Positions 38,163-48,026 of a stretch of 64,000 nucleotides of DNA are shown here, in pieces. Made by a program: the position numbers and the translations under genes. Origin of the DNA: Vulcanimicrobiota bacterium (GTDB lineage: Bacteria; Vulcanimicrobiota; Vulcanimicrobiia; Vulcanimicrobiales; Vulcanimicrobiaceae); contig CAVZQC010000003.1 in the NCBI GenBank assembly GCA_963777315.1, positions 1 to 64,000 of the forward strand. Direction: 5' to 3'. The notes under the pieces are model-generated. The model made no database searches, was not told where the DNA came from, and saw nothing but the letters and a program-made list of their open reading frames with translations. Within the stretch, counting starts at the first letter, position 1, and every line of letters starts with the position of its first letter.

Positions 38163-39667
38163 TGGCGTCTGTGGTCGCAATCGATGCAAGCCCGGCTCGT
38201 CGCATCATGTGGATGTACATCAATGCCGGTCTGGCGATTTTTGCCGGCATGGCGGTGGTCGGCTTTCTGATGCGAGCAGAGCAGGCGCGTCTCATCGCGC
38301 TCAGTCCCGCCATGTTTTACGAGCTGATGACCGTGCACGGCACATTAATGGTGCTGGCCGTCGTGATGGCTTCGATGGGAATGTTGTGGTATCTGCTTCG
38401 AGCCGAAGGATATATGGACGAAAACGTTGCGACGTGCGCGTACGGCGTTATGAGCGCAGGCGTCGCGACCATATTCGCGAGCGTGTTCGCAGGAGGCTTC
38501 GGCGGCAGTTGGACGTATCTCTATCCGCTGCCGTTCGTCAATCCATCGTGGGCGCAGTGGTCGATAGGCCTGTTCCTGATCGGTCTCGCGCTCGTCACTC
38601 TCGGCTGGAGCGTGTGGTGTATCCAACTGCTCGGTCTGGTTCTTGCGAAATACGGCGGATTCCGCGGAGCCTTCGGTTGGGATGTCGTTTTCCATCCGAA
38701 GTCCGCCTCCCTAAAAGAAACGCCGTCGCTGCCGGCGCTCGCAGCATTGGTGGTTTCACTTTCGGGGCTCATCACGGCCGCGGACGGCACGACCATCGGC
38801 GTTGCGCTCATGGTTCACTGGATCGATCGCAGCGTAGCGCTCGACCCGCTTTGGGCGAAGAACCTGACGTATTTCTTTGGACACGAGCTGGCGAACCTCG
38901 CGATGTATATGGCGGTAGCCGCCGTGATTATCGGCTTGCCGCGTTACACGGGCAGAGAGCTGCGCGTCTCGCCGATGTGGATCATCGCCTGGTGGGCGAC
39001 GCTCGTCTATGTCGCACTCGCCACGTTCCACCATCTGTACTATGACTTCGTCCAATTTCGTCCGCTCCAATACATCGGCGAGTTCGCATCGTATTCGGAG
39101 GCCCTGCCGGTCGCGGTTGTGACAATTTTCAGCGGGCTGATGCTCGTCTATCGCTCCGCAATGCGATGGACGATGGGCTCGTTGTTTATTTATGCCGGCT
39201 TGATCGGGTGGGTTGTCGGCGGCATCGGCGCACTCACTGACGCGACGATCCCGTTCAACATGGTGCTTCATAACACGTTGTGGGTGCCGGCGCACTTTCA
39301 CAGCTATTTGCTGGAAGGCGTGCTGCTCTTCATCATTGGCTGGGTGTTCATGATGCTGGAAGAGCGCAGCCGCAAGGCGACCTCGCTGCTGATTCGCTGG
39401 GTCATCGGTCTCGGAGTCTTCGGCGGCGGAGCGCTGTTCTTAGCCGGCTTTTACGTAGCGGGTGCGAACGGCGTGCCGCGCCGCGAAGCCGAGCAACCTG
39501 CGCCGGGACCGCACATCGCTCTGTGGGCAACGTTTGGCGCGATCGTGTTGCTCCTTGGGCTCATCGTAGCGCTCCTCGAGGCCATCCGATTGGCAGCACC
39601 ACCGCGCGTGGAGGCAATCGAAGTCGCCGCAGCACCGCCCCTCGACAGTCGACCGGCAAGAGGCTGA
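38159..39667 (+). CDS. Heme-copper oxidoreductase subunit I, B-family-derived, probable sNOR-type nitric oxide reductase
   Basis: Six His ligands (TVHG, FFGH, FHHL, AHFH); HELAN has Asn where O2 reductases have the cross-linked Tyr. Confidence 0.8.
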   Translation: MMASVVAIDASPARRIMWMYINAGLAIFAGMAVVGFLMRAEQARLIALSPAMFYELMTVHGTLMVLAVVMASMGMLWYLLRAEGYMDENVATCAYGVMSAGVATIFASVFAGGFGGSWTYLYPLPFVNPSWAQWSIGLFLIGLALVTLGWSVWCIQLLGLVLAKYGGFRGAFGWDVVFHPKSASLKETPSLPALAALVVSLSGLITAADGTTIGVALMVHWIDRSVALDPLWAKNLTYFFGHELANLAMYMAVAAVIIGLPRYTGRELRVSPMWIIAWWATLVYVALATFHHLYYDFVQFRPLQYIGEFASYSEALPVAVVTIFSGLMLVYRSAMRWTMGSLFIYAGLIGWVVGGIGALTDATIPFNMVLHNTLWVPAHFHSYLLEGVLLFIIGWVFMMLEERSRKATSLLIRWVIGLGVFGGGALFLAGFYVAGANGVPRREAEQPAPGPHIALWATFGAIVLLLGLIVALLEAIRLAAPPRVEAIEVAAAPPLDSRPARG

Positions 39668-39675
39668 AATACAAC

Positions 39676-40131
39676 ATGAAAAGCCCGATGTGGCGCATTG
39701 CTGCATGGACGCTCGGCGCCGTGAGCGTCGCCGTAGCGGTAACACCCTCAGTGATGGCGCCCATCACGGTGCCGGTTTCTCTGCACCACGTTTGGCATGC
39801 TGCTGTGATCGCACTCGGTATCGCCACCGGCCTGCTCGCGAGCGCAGAATCAAAACCGAGCCTTGAACATCCGAGCGCGATGTGGATTGTACCGGTCGTT
39901 ATCGCGCCGATGGCCGCAATGTATCTGATGTGGCCGGCCCTCTTTGGATATCTCGACGTGCATCCGTCACTCCATGGTTTGGATCATCTGATTTTTGTCG
40001 GGCTCGGATTCATCACAGCGTACGCCGGCGAACGGTACGTTCGCGGAGTGGGATGGACTACCGGGATTTTGTTCGAATGCATGGCGCTGGCCGCAGCCGG
40101 CTTTTTCGGGATCTCGCCAGGCGCCGGTTGA
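39676..40131 (+). CDS. Membrane protein, possibly CtaG/DUF1404-like oxidase assembly factor
   Basis: Several TM helices with HHVWH and HPSLHGLDH; directly after subunit I. Confidence 0.55.
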   Translation: MKSPMWRIAAWTLGAVSVAVAVTPSVMAPITVPVSLHHVWHAAVIALGIATGLLASAESKPSLEHPSAMWIVPVVIAPMAAMYLMWPALFGYLDVHPSLHGLDHLIFVGLGFITAYAGERYVRGVGWTTGILFECMALAAAGFFGISPGAG

Positions 40132-40183
40132 GATTGTCGAGATTGCGACGAGCCGCTGTATCAACGGCTACATTGGAGACACT

Positions 40184-40328
40184 GTGAAATTAGTAACTGC
40201 AATAAATGCGCAAGCCTCGAGCATGCGACGCTGATTACGGAATCCAATGAATTCGCGAACTATGATGTCGGCAACGATACCTGCACGCTCGTCCATCGAC
40301 ATGCAGCCCTTGAATGGCAGGCAATTAC
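40184..40328 (+). pseudogene. Truncated, frameshifted copy of the small gene at 62516-62767
   Basis: Colinear nucleotide similarity from CATTGGAGA (40171 vs 62503) to ATTAC (40328 vs 62661). Confidence 0.75.
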
Positions 40329-41103
40329 TGGCGCGCCTGCCGATCGACCCTAACGCAGCGATCGTCGCTGCATCGGCCTGGGCGAAAATCGGGGACCGCG
40401 TTCATCGGTCCGGCGGATCGCCGGAAACAGCGGAAAGAATCGCTGAAAGTATCGCTAGCGCATAGTGCGGACGATTGTAGCCAGAAGCCAAACAATTGTC
40501 AAACCTCCTGCCGATGCGCCACATAGCATGAACAACCAGTGTGAAACGAACGTCGACATCCCGTTCCGCTCCACCACCATCGTTTCCGCAGCAGCGGAGC
40601 CGCCGTGCGTGGTCACGCATGCGCTGGGCGGGACGCGGCATGATGCCTAGTTAGCTCAGCGCCGCACAGCCCGCCTTGGAAATTATCGCAGCTACTGGCC
40701 AGCACATTAAAGGACAATTGCTTTCTGCAAAGGACTTCATAGCGCCCACTCCTGCGCCCCCAAATGTTCTAGGTTACTATCTGTATGATAGCCGAGCAAT
40801 TCCGTGGAACGGAAGGCTTCCATCGCATCCCATACGGATCCGGATTCGAGCGTCGATGCCGACCGCCGTCGGAGGCGTGGAACTGAAAAAATGCCGTGTT
40901 TCAATCGGTAATTGCATCGCCTTCGACCGGAACAAAGGCGCGTCTATTCGTCCCAAGTCGCGGCGGGCAATGTTCTGATGGGACGCCTTCGTTGAAAAAA
41001 GGCTGCTTGCATTTGCCGTAAACACGACCGGCGATGCCTGGATCGTCCACTAAGGCTGTTATGCTTGAAATGTTTGTCGAAGTCGAGTAACGTTGTGATC
41101 CTA

Positions 41104-42728
41104 ATGACCAGTCGTACTTTACTTCGAAGCGGCGCCCTTTTTGCGATGGGCGTCGCGGTCGCAGTTGCCGCCGTCATCAACGTTGCCCGCTCGAGCGCGG
41201 CGACCCCCACCGTTCCATCCGATATTCGCGCGATCTTCGATAAGCCGGCTTATAAGAATGCAACGTGGGGATTGCGCGTTCAGGATGGGCCGAACGTCCT
41301 TTTGAATCTAAATGCCGCGCGGCCGTTTCTCATCGGATCGGTGCGAAAGATCTTCACAGTCGGCGAGCTGCTGAATGCAGTCGGCGGTGCCCACACGTAT
41401 GACACGCCGGTGTACCGCTCCGGCACGATCCAGGGGGCGTCCTGCGCGGGAATCTGATTTTGGTCGCGTCGGGCGATCTCACGATGGGCGGCCGCGCCAA
41501 TCCAGAAGGAACGATCGCCGTCAGCAACTGGGACCACAACGAAGCCGATAGTTTGGGCAACGCCATATTGACCAAGCCGGATCCCCTCGCAGGGTATCGC
41601 CGGTTAGCGAGGGCGATCAAATCTGCCGGTATCAATCGGGTTGCGGGTGAAGTGGTCATCGACGACCGGCTGTTCAAGCCGTTCGATTTTCGTGGCCAAT
41701 TCAACGTCAAGCCGATCTTTGTCAACGACGATTTGGTGGACATTTCGGCCGTGCCTGGCGGTAAGATTGGAAACGTAAGTAATGTGACTTGGCGGCCGAA
41801 ATCCAACGCGCTTAGCATCAACAATCGTTTACGCACTGGAGCTCCGAATTCTGCGCCTAGCGTCGCTATCGATCCGTTTTTGCCCGCGTGTATCGGACGG
41901 CTCAATTGTAGCTCCGCCATCAAAGGAAATTTGCCGCGCGGTTACGTTCCGCCGCTTACAGGGCGGCACGTCCTCGTTCAAGCTGTGCGGATCGTACAGC
42001 CGTCCAATTATGCGAGAACCGTCTTGATCGAGGCGCTCAATGCAGCAGGGGTTCGTGTCGACGCGCCGGTTGTAGAGCCGAACCCGACGCGCTTGTTACC
42101 CGCGAAAGGCTCGTATCGCTCGAACGCCAAAGTCGCCGAATTAACTGGCATGCCTTATGGTGAGGACGCCAAGCTGATTCTAAAGATCAGCTACAATATC
42201 GGTGCGGACACGAGTTTAGTGCTCTTCGGACTGACGCGCAACGTGGATTCGATGCCTGCGGCGCTGCAGGTGGAGCGACAGAACCTCAAGTCGCATTACG
42301 GCATCAACCCTGATCAGTACCACTTTGTTGATGGAAGCGGGGGTGGAGATTCCACCGCAACGAATGCAGCGGTGACGGGCATGCTCGACCAGCTCGCGAA
42401 AACGCGGGAGCATAAAGCGCTTTTTGACGCGCTGCCTATCCTGGGAGTCGACGGTTCGCTGGCCTTCGTCAAAGATTTCGAGCGCGATTCCACGCTTGCA
42501 GGAGCGGCCGGCAAAGTACACGCGAAGACCGGGACGTACGTAGGCGGATCGCCTTCGGCGATGATGCTGAAAGGACAAACTTTGGGCGGCTACATTACAA
42601 CCAAAACCGGCCGCCATCTAACGTTTGAACTCGTGGTCAATAACGTGCCCATTACCGGCATCCACGATCTAACAAAAGTGTTCCAAGACGAAGGCACGAT
42701 TTCGGCAATGCTCTGGCGCGACTACTAA
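41104..42728 (+). CDS. dacB: D-alanyl-D-alanine carboxypeptidase/endopeptidase (PBP4, peptidase S13), frameshift at about 41435
   Basis: Signal peptide, SVRK (SxxK), SYN, AKTGT; one more G in the G5 run joins the two ORFs (GGVLRGNLILVASGD). Confidence 0.82.
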
Positions 42729-42759
42729 GTTTAATTGGTATTCCTAGAATCAACTCACG

Positions 42760-43125
42760 ATGTTACGCGAGCAGTTACGCGACCACTCGACGTTCTTCGG
42801 TTTCGCATCTGCGCTGGTTTGCGCGATTGTCGCCGGCAGTGTATCCCATTGGTCTCCTATCTGGATGGCCGCGACTACTATTGCGGGCATTTTCCTTTTT
42901 CCGCGCTGCTTCTATGGGTTCCAAGAAGCGCGAGCACTTCGTGATGCGGACTTCGAACTAGGTTCTGGAAAGTCCGTCAGCTGGTACGTCGAGCCGCCTC
43001 CGAATCAGCTTAAAGCGAAAGCCCATGCTGAGATGCGTCGCCAGGAAGCGGGTGACGCACCAGACGACACCGAGTGGCGGCGTCTTGCCGGCGAAAACGA
43101 CACCCGTCGGGGCGATACACGTTAA
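42760..43125 (+). CDS. Hypothetical membrane protein
   Basis: Two hydrophobic segments followed by a charged tail. Confidence 0.45.
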   Translation: MLREQLRDHSTFFGFASALVCAIVAGSVSHWSPIWMAATTIAGIFLFPRCFYGFQEARALRDADFELGSGKSVSWYVEPPPNQLKAKAHAEMRRQEAGDAPDDTEWRRLAGENDTRRGDTR

Positions 43126-43415
43126 GTTCGTTGCATAGCAATCTACGTGTTCCAGAGGGCGTTTCCGCCGAAACGATTGCCGAATATGGTCTAAGATCGG
43201 GTCATAGCGACCATGCGCTTTTGAAAAGCATTACGCTTGACACGATAGCGCTGCTTTGGGACGCGAATGCAAAACCTCATAGCAATGATTGAGTGAAACC
43301 CGCGTGCTGCGGCGTAATGAAACCCGGTATCTGCAAGCAGCAGCATGACCTAAAGGAACGGCGGACGATTCGGCAAAGGCTGACCAGCCCCCAGTGGCAG
43401 AACGGAGCAGAATTT

Positions 43416-43589
43416 ATGTCAACCGACGCGAAGCAGGCACTAGACGAACACGCGCGTTCTATCGATTCGCTGCATCAACAGTTGGCCGCCATGCCGGGCG
43501 CGGACAAAGAACGTTTGAAAGAAGTCGTCGGCAAATACAAGGCGGCCCACAAGCAGTTTGAAGACGACGCGCTCGGGTGTATGAACTAA
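43416..43589 (+). CDS. Small helical hypothetical protein
   Basis: GGAG RBS before ATG; amphipathic 57 aa ending CMN. Confidence 0.55.
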   Translation: MSTDAKQALDEHARSIDSLHQQLAAMPGADKERLKEVVGKYKAAHKQFEDDALGCMN

Positions 43590-45085
43590 CCGCGCAGCAG
43601 TTCCTCGAGCGCGATCCCATCGGGACAGCCTAGTCCCGTGCACGGGTTCCATCCCGCTTGCGCGTTGTAGACTCCATTACTCCCGCCAACCACCTCCCGC
43701 ATGGGTTGTGGATTCGAACCATAGAGCAGCGGCGCGAAAAAGCCGATAGGTTTCGAAAGCCGTTCGTTCAGCCGTGCAGCAAGCGCCGCCCACATCGGTG
43801 CGACTGCGCTCGTTCCCCCTGCGGCTAATTCCGTGCCGTTGAGATATACCAAATATCCCGGCGATTCTTGTGCTGCAACGTCGGGCACACCCCGTCCCGG
43901 CGTCACCCGCAGCGCAGCCGCAACTTCTCGTGCACGATCTTGCCACGCGGGCAGTGGAAAATGCTCGCTGAATCCGCCGCCCGTGTGCTCCCATGCAACC
44001 TCAGCGCCCCCGGATTGAATTTGCGTCGCTCCGGCGGCGTGCGCGAAGGGTGCCGATGCAGGCGCAACGACGTGCGGCTTTCCATCGAGCTGCAGTTCGG
44101 CGCCATGATCTCCTGAAGAGCAAATAACGGTTATGCCGAGTAATGCCGCCGCCGCGAACAAGTCGTTTAAAATATCGAGTGCGCAAGGGGTCCACAGCGG
44201 CTCTGGCCATCCGTAACTGACGGATATAATCGAGGGGCGCATCTCCTCGTCGAAAACCGCGGCGCGCAGCGCGTCTAGGAGGCCGCGCTCGTCGTCGGGC
44301 GCCTGATACAGCACGATGCGCGCATCGGGTGCGAGCGCTGCGGCAATTTGCACGTCCAGCGCCGCCTCCAAGTCTTTGACCGTTTCTATCTCGTGGACCA
44401 GGCTCGCGTTGTCGAGGCGTTTCACCTGCGGCTGCTGCGTCGTAAGTGACTGTGCCTGCATGCATTGGGCGAAATCATCCTCGCGAAACTCGCCGCGCAA
44501 TTGCAGGATAGCGATGGTTTGGCCACGCCCGGTGGCCTGGGGAAAGCGGTAGCGTTCCGCTATTTCGGCCGCGCGAAGCGGCGATTCGCGGCGTTGCAAA
44601 GCGCCCAACCTCTGCGAACGCGGCCACTGGTGAAACCCGAACACGCCCCGCAGTAACGCCGCGATTTCCGCCGGCGCATGCAACGCGCCGTCGCGATGGC
44701 GGAAACGGTATCCGCTGGAATCCTCGAACGTCGCGACGGAAGCTCCGAACGCTTCGATGGAACGATCCAACGGTGCGCGCAAGACCAAGCAACGCCAGTG
44801 CTGTTCGAGGACTTCAATGCGGTGACGAGTGCAGTATGCCCGAAATTCATCGATGGCGCTATCGTCGGCCGCGCTTGCCTTAACCAGGGCCGCGCGTTCT
44901 GCATACGTTCGCGCGCCGATGGAAGTGTGGCCGATCTCGTACGCTCGGCTCACATCCACCGCGTTCTGCGCGTGGGGCTGCAGCCAGGCCGTCAGTAAGA
45001 CCTCGTTCTCCGCTCGAACGTCTCCTACGCGCGTACTCGCCGGCCACTGTGTGCGTTTCGTTCCTGGAATGGCAACGCTCGTCAT
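43586..45085 (-). CDS. Peptidase S53 (sedolisin/kumamolisin) with prodomain
   Basis: EAALD, SSGDHG, GRGVPDVA, GGTSAVAP, WNPCTGLG; no evident signal peptide. Confidence 0.9.
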   Translation of the reverse strand: MTSVAIPGTKRTQWPASTRVGDVRAENEVLLTAWLQPHAQNAVDVSRAYEIGHTSIGARTYAERAALVKASAADDSAIDEFRAYCTRHRIEVLEQHWRCLVLRAPLDRSIEAFGASVATFEDSSGYRFRHRDGALHAPAEIAALLRGVFGFHQWPRSQRLGALQRRESPLRAAEIAERYRFPQATGRGQTIAILQLRGEFREDDFAQCMQAQSLTTQQPQVKRLDNASLVHEIETVKDLEAALDVQIAAALAPDARIVLYQAPDDERGLLDALRAAVFDEEMRPSIISVSYGWPEPLWTPCALDILNDLFAAAALLGITVICSSGDHGAELQLDGKPHVVAPASAPFAHAAGATQIQSGGAEVAWEHTGGGFSEHFPLPAWQDRAREVAAALRVTPGRGVPDVAAQESPGYLVYLNGTELAAGGTSAVAPMWAALAARLNERLSKPIGFFAPLLYGSNPQPMREVVGGSNGVYNAQAGWNPCTGLGCPDGIALEELLRG

Positions 45086-45171
45086 GCGTGGCAGATTGGA
45101 CAAGGGTGAAACGGAACCCGCCGGCCGGCGCGTTCGGCGGAGGGAAGCAACCCCAGCACGAAGCAGGTCGT

Positions 45172-47970
45172 ATGGGGATGCAGGCTGAGGCCGAAAACAC
45201 GGTCTCCGTTCTCCCTACCGGTACGGTGACGTTTTTGTTTTCGGATATCGAAGGCAGCACCGTGCGGTGGGAAAGCGCGCCCGATGCAATGGCGCTTGCG
45301 TTAGCGCGCCATGACGCGATGATGCGCGAGCTCATCGAAGCGCACGGCGGATACGTGTTTAAAACGATCGGAGATGCTTTCTGCGCGGCCTTCGCAAGTA
45401 CGCCTGAAGCGACCGCCGCCGCCCTTGACGCCCAGCGCGCCCTTATCGCCGAAGATTTTTCGCACGTCGACGGACTGCGCGTGCGCATGGCACTGCATTC
45501 GGGAACTTGCGGCGAGCGCGGCGGCGACTACTTCGGTCCCACCGTCAATCGGGTTGCGAGGTTGCTCGCAATCGGTCATGGCGGTCAGGTGCTGCTCTCG
45601 CGTGCCTGCGCGGAGCTCCTACGCGGTGACACGCCGCAATACGCTCTGCGCGATCTCGGCAGCCACCGGCTCAAGGACCTCTCCCAACCGGAATACGTCT
45701 ATCAGCTGATGGCGCCGGAATTGCCCGACGCGTTTCCGGAGTTGCTCTCGCTCGATCATCTGTCAAACAATTTGCCGGCTCAATTAACGTCGTTCGTCGG
45801 ACGCGAGGAGGTGATGGGTGAGATTAAGGCGCTGCTCGCGCATAACCGGCTCGTGACGCTCGTCGGAACGGGCGGTGCGGGCAAGACGCGTTGTGCGATT
45901 CAGGTCGGCGCAGAATTGCTCGACGGTTCGGGCGACGGCGTATGGTTAGCCGAACTGGCGCCGATCTCCGACGCCTCGCTCGTCACGAGTGCCATTGCGC
46001 GCGCATTGAACGTACAAGCATCGCCGAACCGCCCGATACTGGATACGCTGATCGGTTATCTCAAGCGTAAACGGCTGCTGCTGATTCTTGACAACTGCGA
46101 ACACGTCATCGACGAAGCGCGAACCGTCGCGAGCGCAATACTGCGGGCTTCTCCCGAGGTGCGTATTCTCGTAACGAGCCGTGAGGCGTTGAATATTGCG
46201 GGCGAACGGCTCTATCGCATGCCTTCGCTTGCCGTGCCGCCTACAACGCAGGCGCTATCGCCGCAGGACATCCTCGGATTCGGTGCCTCATTGCTTTTTA
46301 GCGACCGAGCCTTGTCCGTGACCGATCGATTTACGTTGACGGATGAGAACGTCTCGCATGTCGCGGAGATCTGCCGGAGACTCGATGGGATTCCACTGGC
46401 CATTGAACTGGCGGCCGCACGGGTGAAAGTGCTCTCGCCCAAGCACATCGCGCAGATGCTCGACGAGCGCTTCCGTTTGCTGACCGGCGGCGATCGCAAT
46501 GCGCTGCCGCGCCAGCAGACCATGCGCGCCCTGATCGATTGGAGCTACGATCTGCTCACGGACGACGAACGAGCGCTTTTCCGCAAACTCTCGATCTTCG
46601 CCGGCGGCTTCACGCTGGAGGCCGCCGCGATCGTATGCACCGGGAGCGAGATGGATGAAATCGCCATGCTGGATCCGCTTTCGTCGCTCGTAGACAAGTC
46701 GCTCCTGCAAGCCGAGCAAGTTGAAAGTGGGACGCGGTACCGATTCTTGGAATCCACGCGGCAATATGCCCGCGAGCGTCTCGCCGAGCATGGAGAGCAT
46801 GCAGCGGTTGCACAGGCGCATGCAACCGCATTTCTGACCCTTGCTGAAAAGCTGGGGCGAAGTTGGGAGACGACGTCCGATCGGGAGTGGTTCGCCCAGT
46901 TGGAGCCGGAGCTGGAAAACTTCCGCGCAGCGTTGAGCTGGTCGCTCGGCGCGCGAGGCGATGTTTTGCTTGGGCAGCGGCTGGCGGGGGCGTTGCATCA
47001 AGCGTGGTGGTCGCTGGCGACGGCAGAGGGGCGCAGGTGGGTGCAGATGGCGCGCGATCTTACCAACGACCAGACGCCCCGGCCGGTGATGGCCGTACTC
47101 GATCTCACGGAAGCCGAGCTCGCCGCGTCGCTCGTACAATATACGGCAAGCCGTACGGCGTGTGAACGTGCTCTGGGGCACTACAGTGCGATTGGCGATG
47201 CCATGGGAATTGCGTACGCGCAGCGATGTCTGGCCCTCGCGCTGATCTTTCTGGGAAAGATCGAAGAGGGTGAGGCGCTGCTGGGGCCGGCCCTATCGCA
47301 AGCTCGAGCGCTGGGAGCGCGAAGACTGACGGGAGTCGTGCTGCAGACGCTAGCGGACGCGCGTCATTCGGTCGGTGACGTCAGCGAAGCTCGACGCCTG
47401 CACGCCGAAGCATTGGCCAACCTTCGAGCCGTCGGCGCGGAACGCACGGCCGCAAACGTCTGTGTAAATCTCGGCGAAGCGGAGTTTCACGGCGGAAACG
47501 CAGACGAAGCGCTTCGATGGGCAAGTGAGGCGCTCGCTACCCACCGGTCGTTCAACGCCACGCGCGGTATCGCGTTTGCGCAGATCAACATGACGGCATA
47601 TTTGACGGCGCTCGAACGGTACGATGAAGCGCGCCTTTGCGCGCGCGCGGCGATCGGCGCGGCACGCGACGCGCAACTCCAAGTAGGTACGGCATGGGCG
47701 CTGCAGCATCTTGCGGCAACGGTTGTGCTGCGCCCGGCAGATCCCAAGCAGGCGCGTGACGAACGGCGTTGCGGGACGCGTCTTTTGGGCTACGCCGATG
47801 CGCGCCTGACTGAACTGGAATCGTTGCGTGAATTCACCGAGCAGCAGGAGTACGAAAAAATGCTTGCCGCATTAGGCGCGGCGTTAGATGCGGATGAAGT
47901 TGCAAAGCTCATGCGGGAAGGCAGCCTCTGGAGCGAAGATCAAGCCGTCGCCGAGGCGATGCTCATTTAA
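45172..47970 (+). CDS. Class III nucleotide cyclase - STAND ATPase - TPR protein
   Basis: FSDIEGST, KTIGDAF, VNRVARL; GTGGAGKT Walker A, LDNCEH, GIPLAIELAA; helical C-terminus. Confidence 0.92.
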   Translation: MGMQAEAENTVSVLPTGTVTFLFSDIEGSTVRWESAPDAMALALARHDAMMRELIEAHGGYVFKTIGDAFCAAFASTPEATAAALDAQRALIAEDFSHVDGLRVRMALHSGTCGERGGDYFGPTVNRVARLLAIGHGGQVLLSRACAELLRGDTPQYALRDLGSHRLKDLSQPEYVYQLMAPELPDAFPELLSLDHLSNNLPAQLTSFVGREEVMGEIKALLAHNRLVTLVGTGGAGKTRCAIQVGAELLDGSGDGVWLAELAPISDASLVTSAIARALNVQASPNRPILDTLIGYLKRKRLLLILDNCEHVIDEARTVASAILRASPEVRILVTSREALNIAGERLYRMPSLAVPPTTQALSPQDILGFGASLLFSDRALSVTDRFTLTDENVSHVAEICRRLDGIPLAIELAAARVKVLSPKHIAQMLDERFRLLTGGDRNALPRQQTMRALIDWSYDLLTDDERALFRKLSIFAGGFTLEAAAIVCTGSEMDEIAMLDPLSSLVDKSLLQAEQVESGTRYRFLESTRQYARERLAEHGEHAAVAQAHATAFLTLAEKLGRSWETTSDREWFAQLEPELENFRAALSWSLGARGDVLLGQRLAGALHQAWWSLATAEGRRWVQMARDLTNDQTPRPVMAVLDLTEAELAASLVQYTASRTACERALGHYSAIGDAMGIAYAQRCLALALIFLGKIEEGEALLGPALSQARALGARRLTGVVLQTLADARHSVGDVSEARRLHAEALANLRAVGAERTAANVCVNLGEAEFHGGNADEALRWASEALATHRSFNATRGIAFAQINMTAYLTALERYDEARLCARAAIGAARDAQLQVGTAWALQHLAATVVLRPADPKQARDERRCGTRLLGYADARLTELESLREFTEQQEYEKMLAALGAALDADEVAKLMREGSLWSEDQAVAEAMLI

Positions 47971-48026
47971 GCGTACCAGTGCCGCGTTGCGCTCAGATGC
48001 ACAGCGGCGCCACCGAGGAAAACGCT

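Noticed and set aside
40645..40720. GCCTAGTTAGCTCAG resembles a tRNA 5' end
   Set aside because: No D-loop GG, T-arm (TTCGA) or complementary acceptor stem follows.
40330..41100. Short ORFs or an ncRNA in the long intergenic stretch
   Set aside because: No recognisable motifs, RBS-supported ORF or riboswitch pattern; probably decayed sequence.
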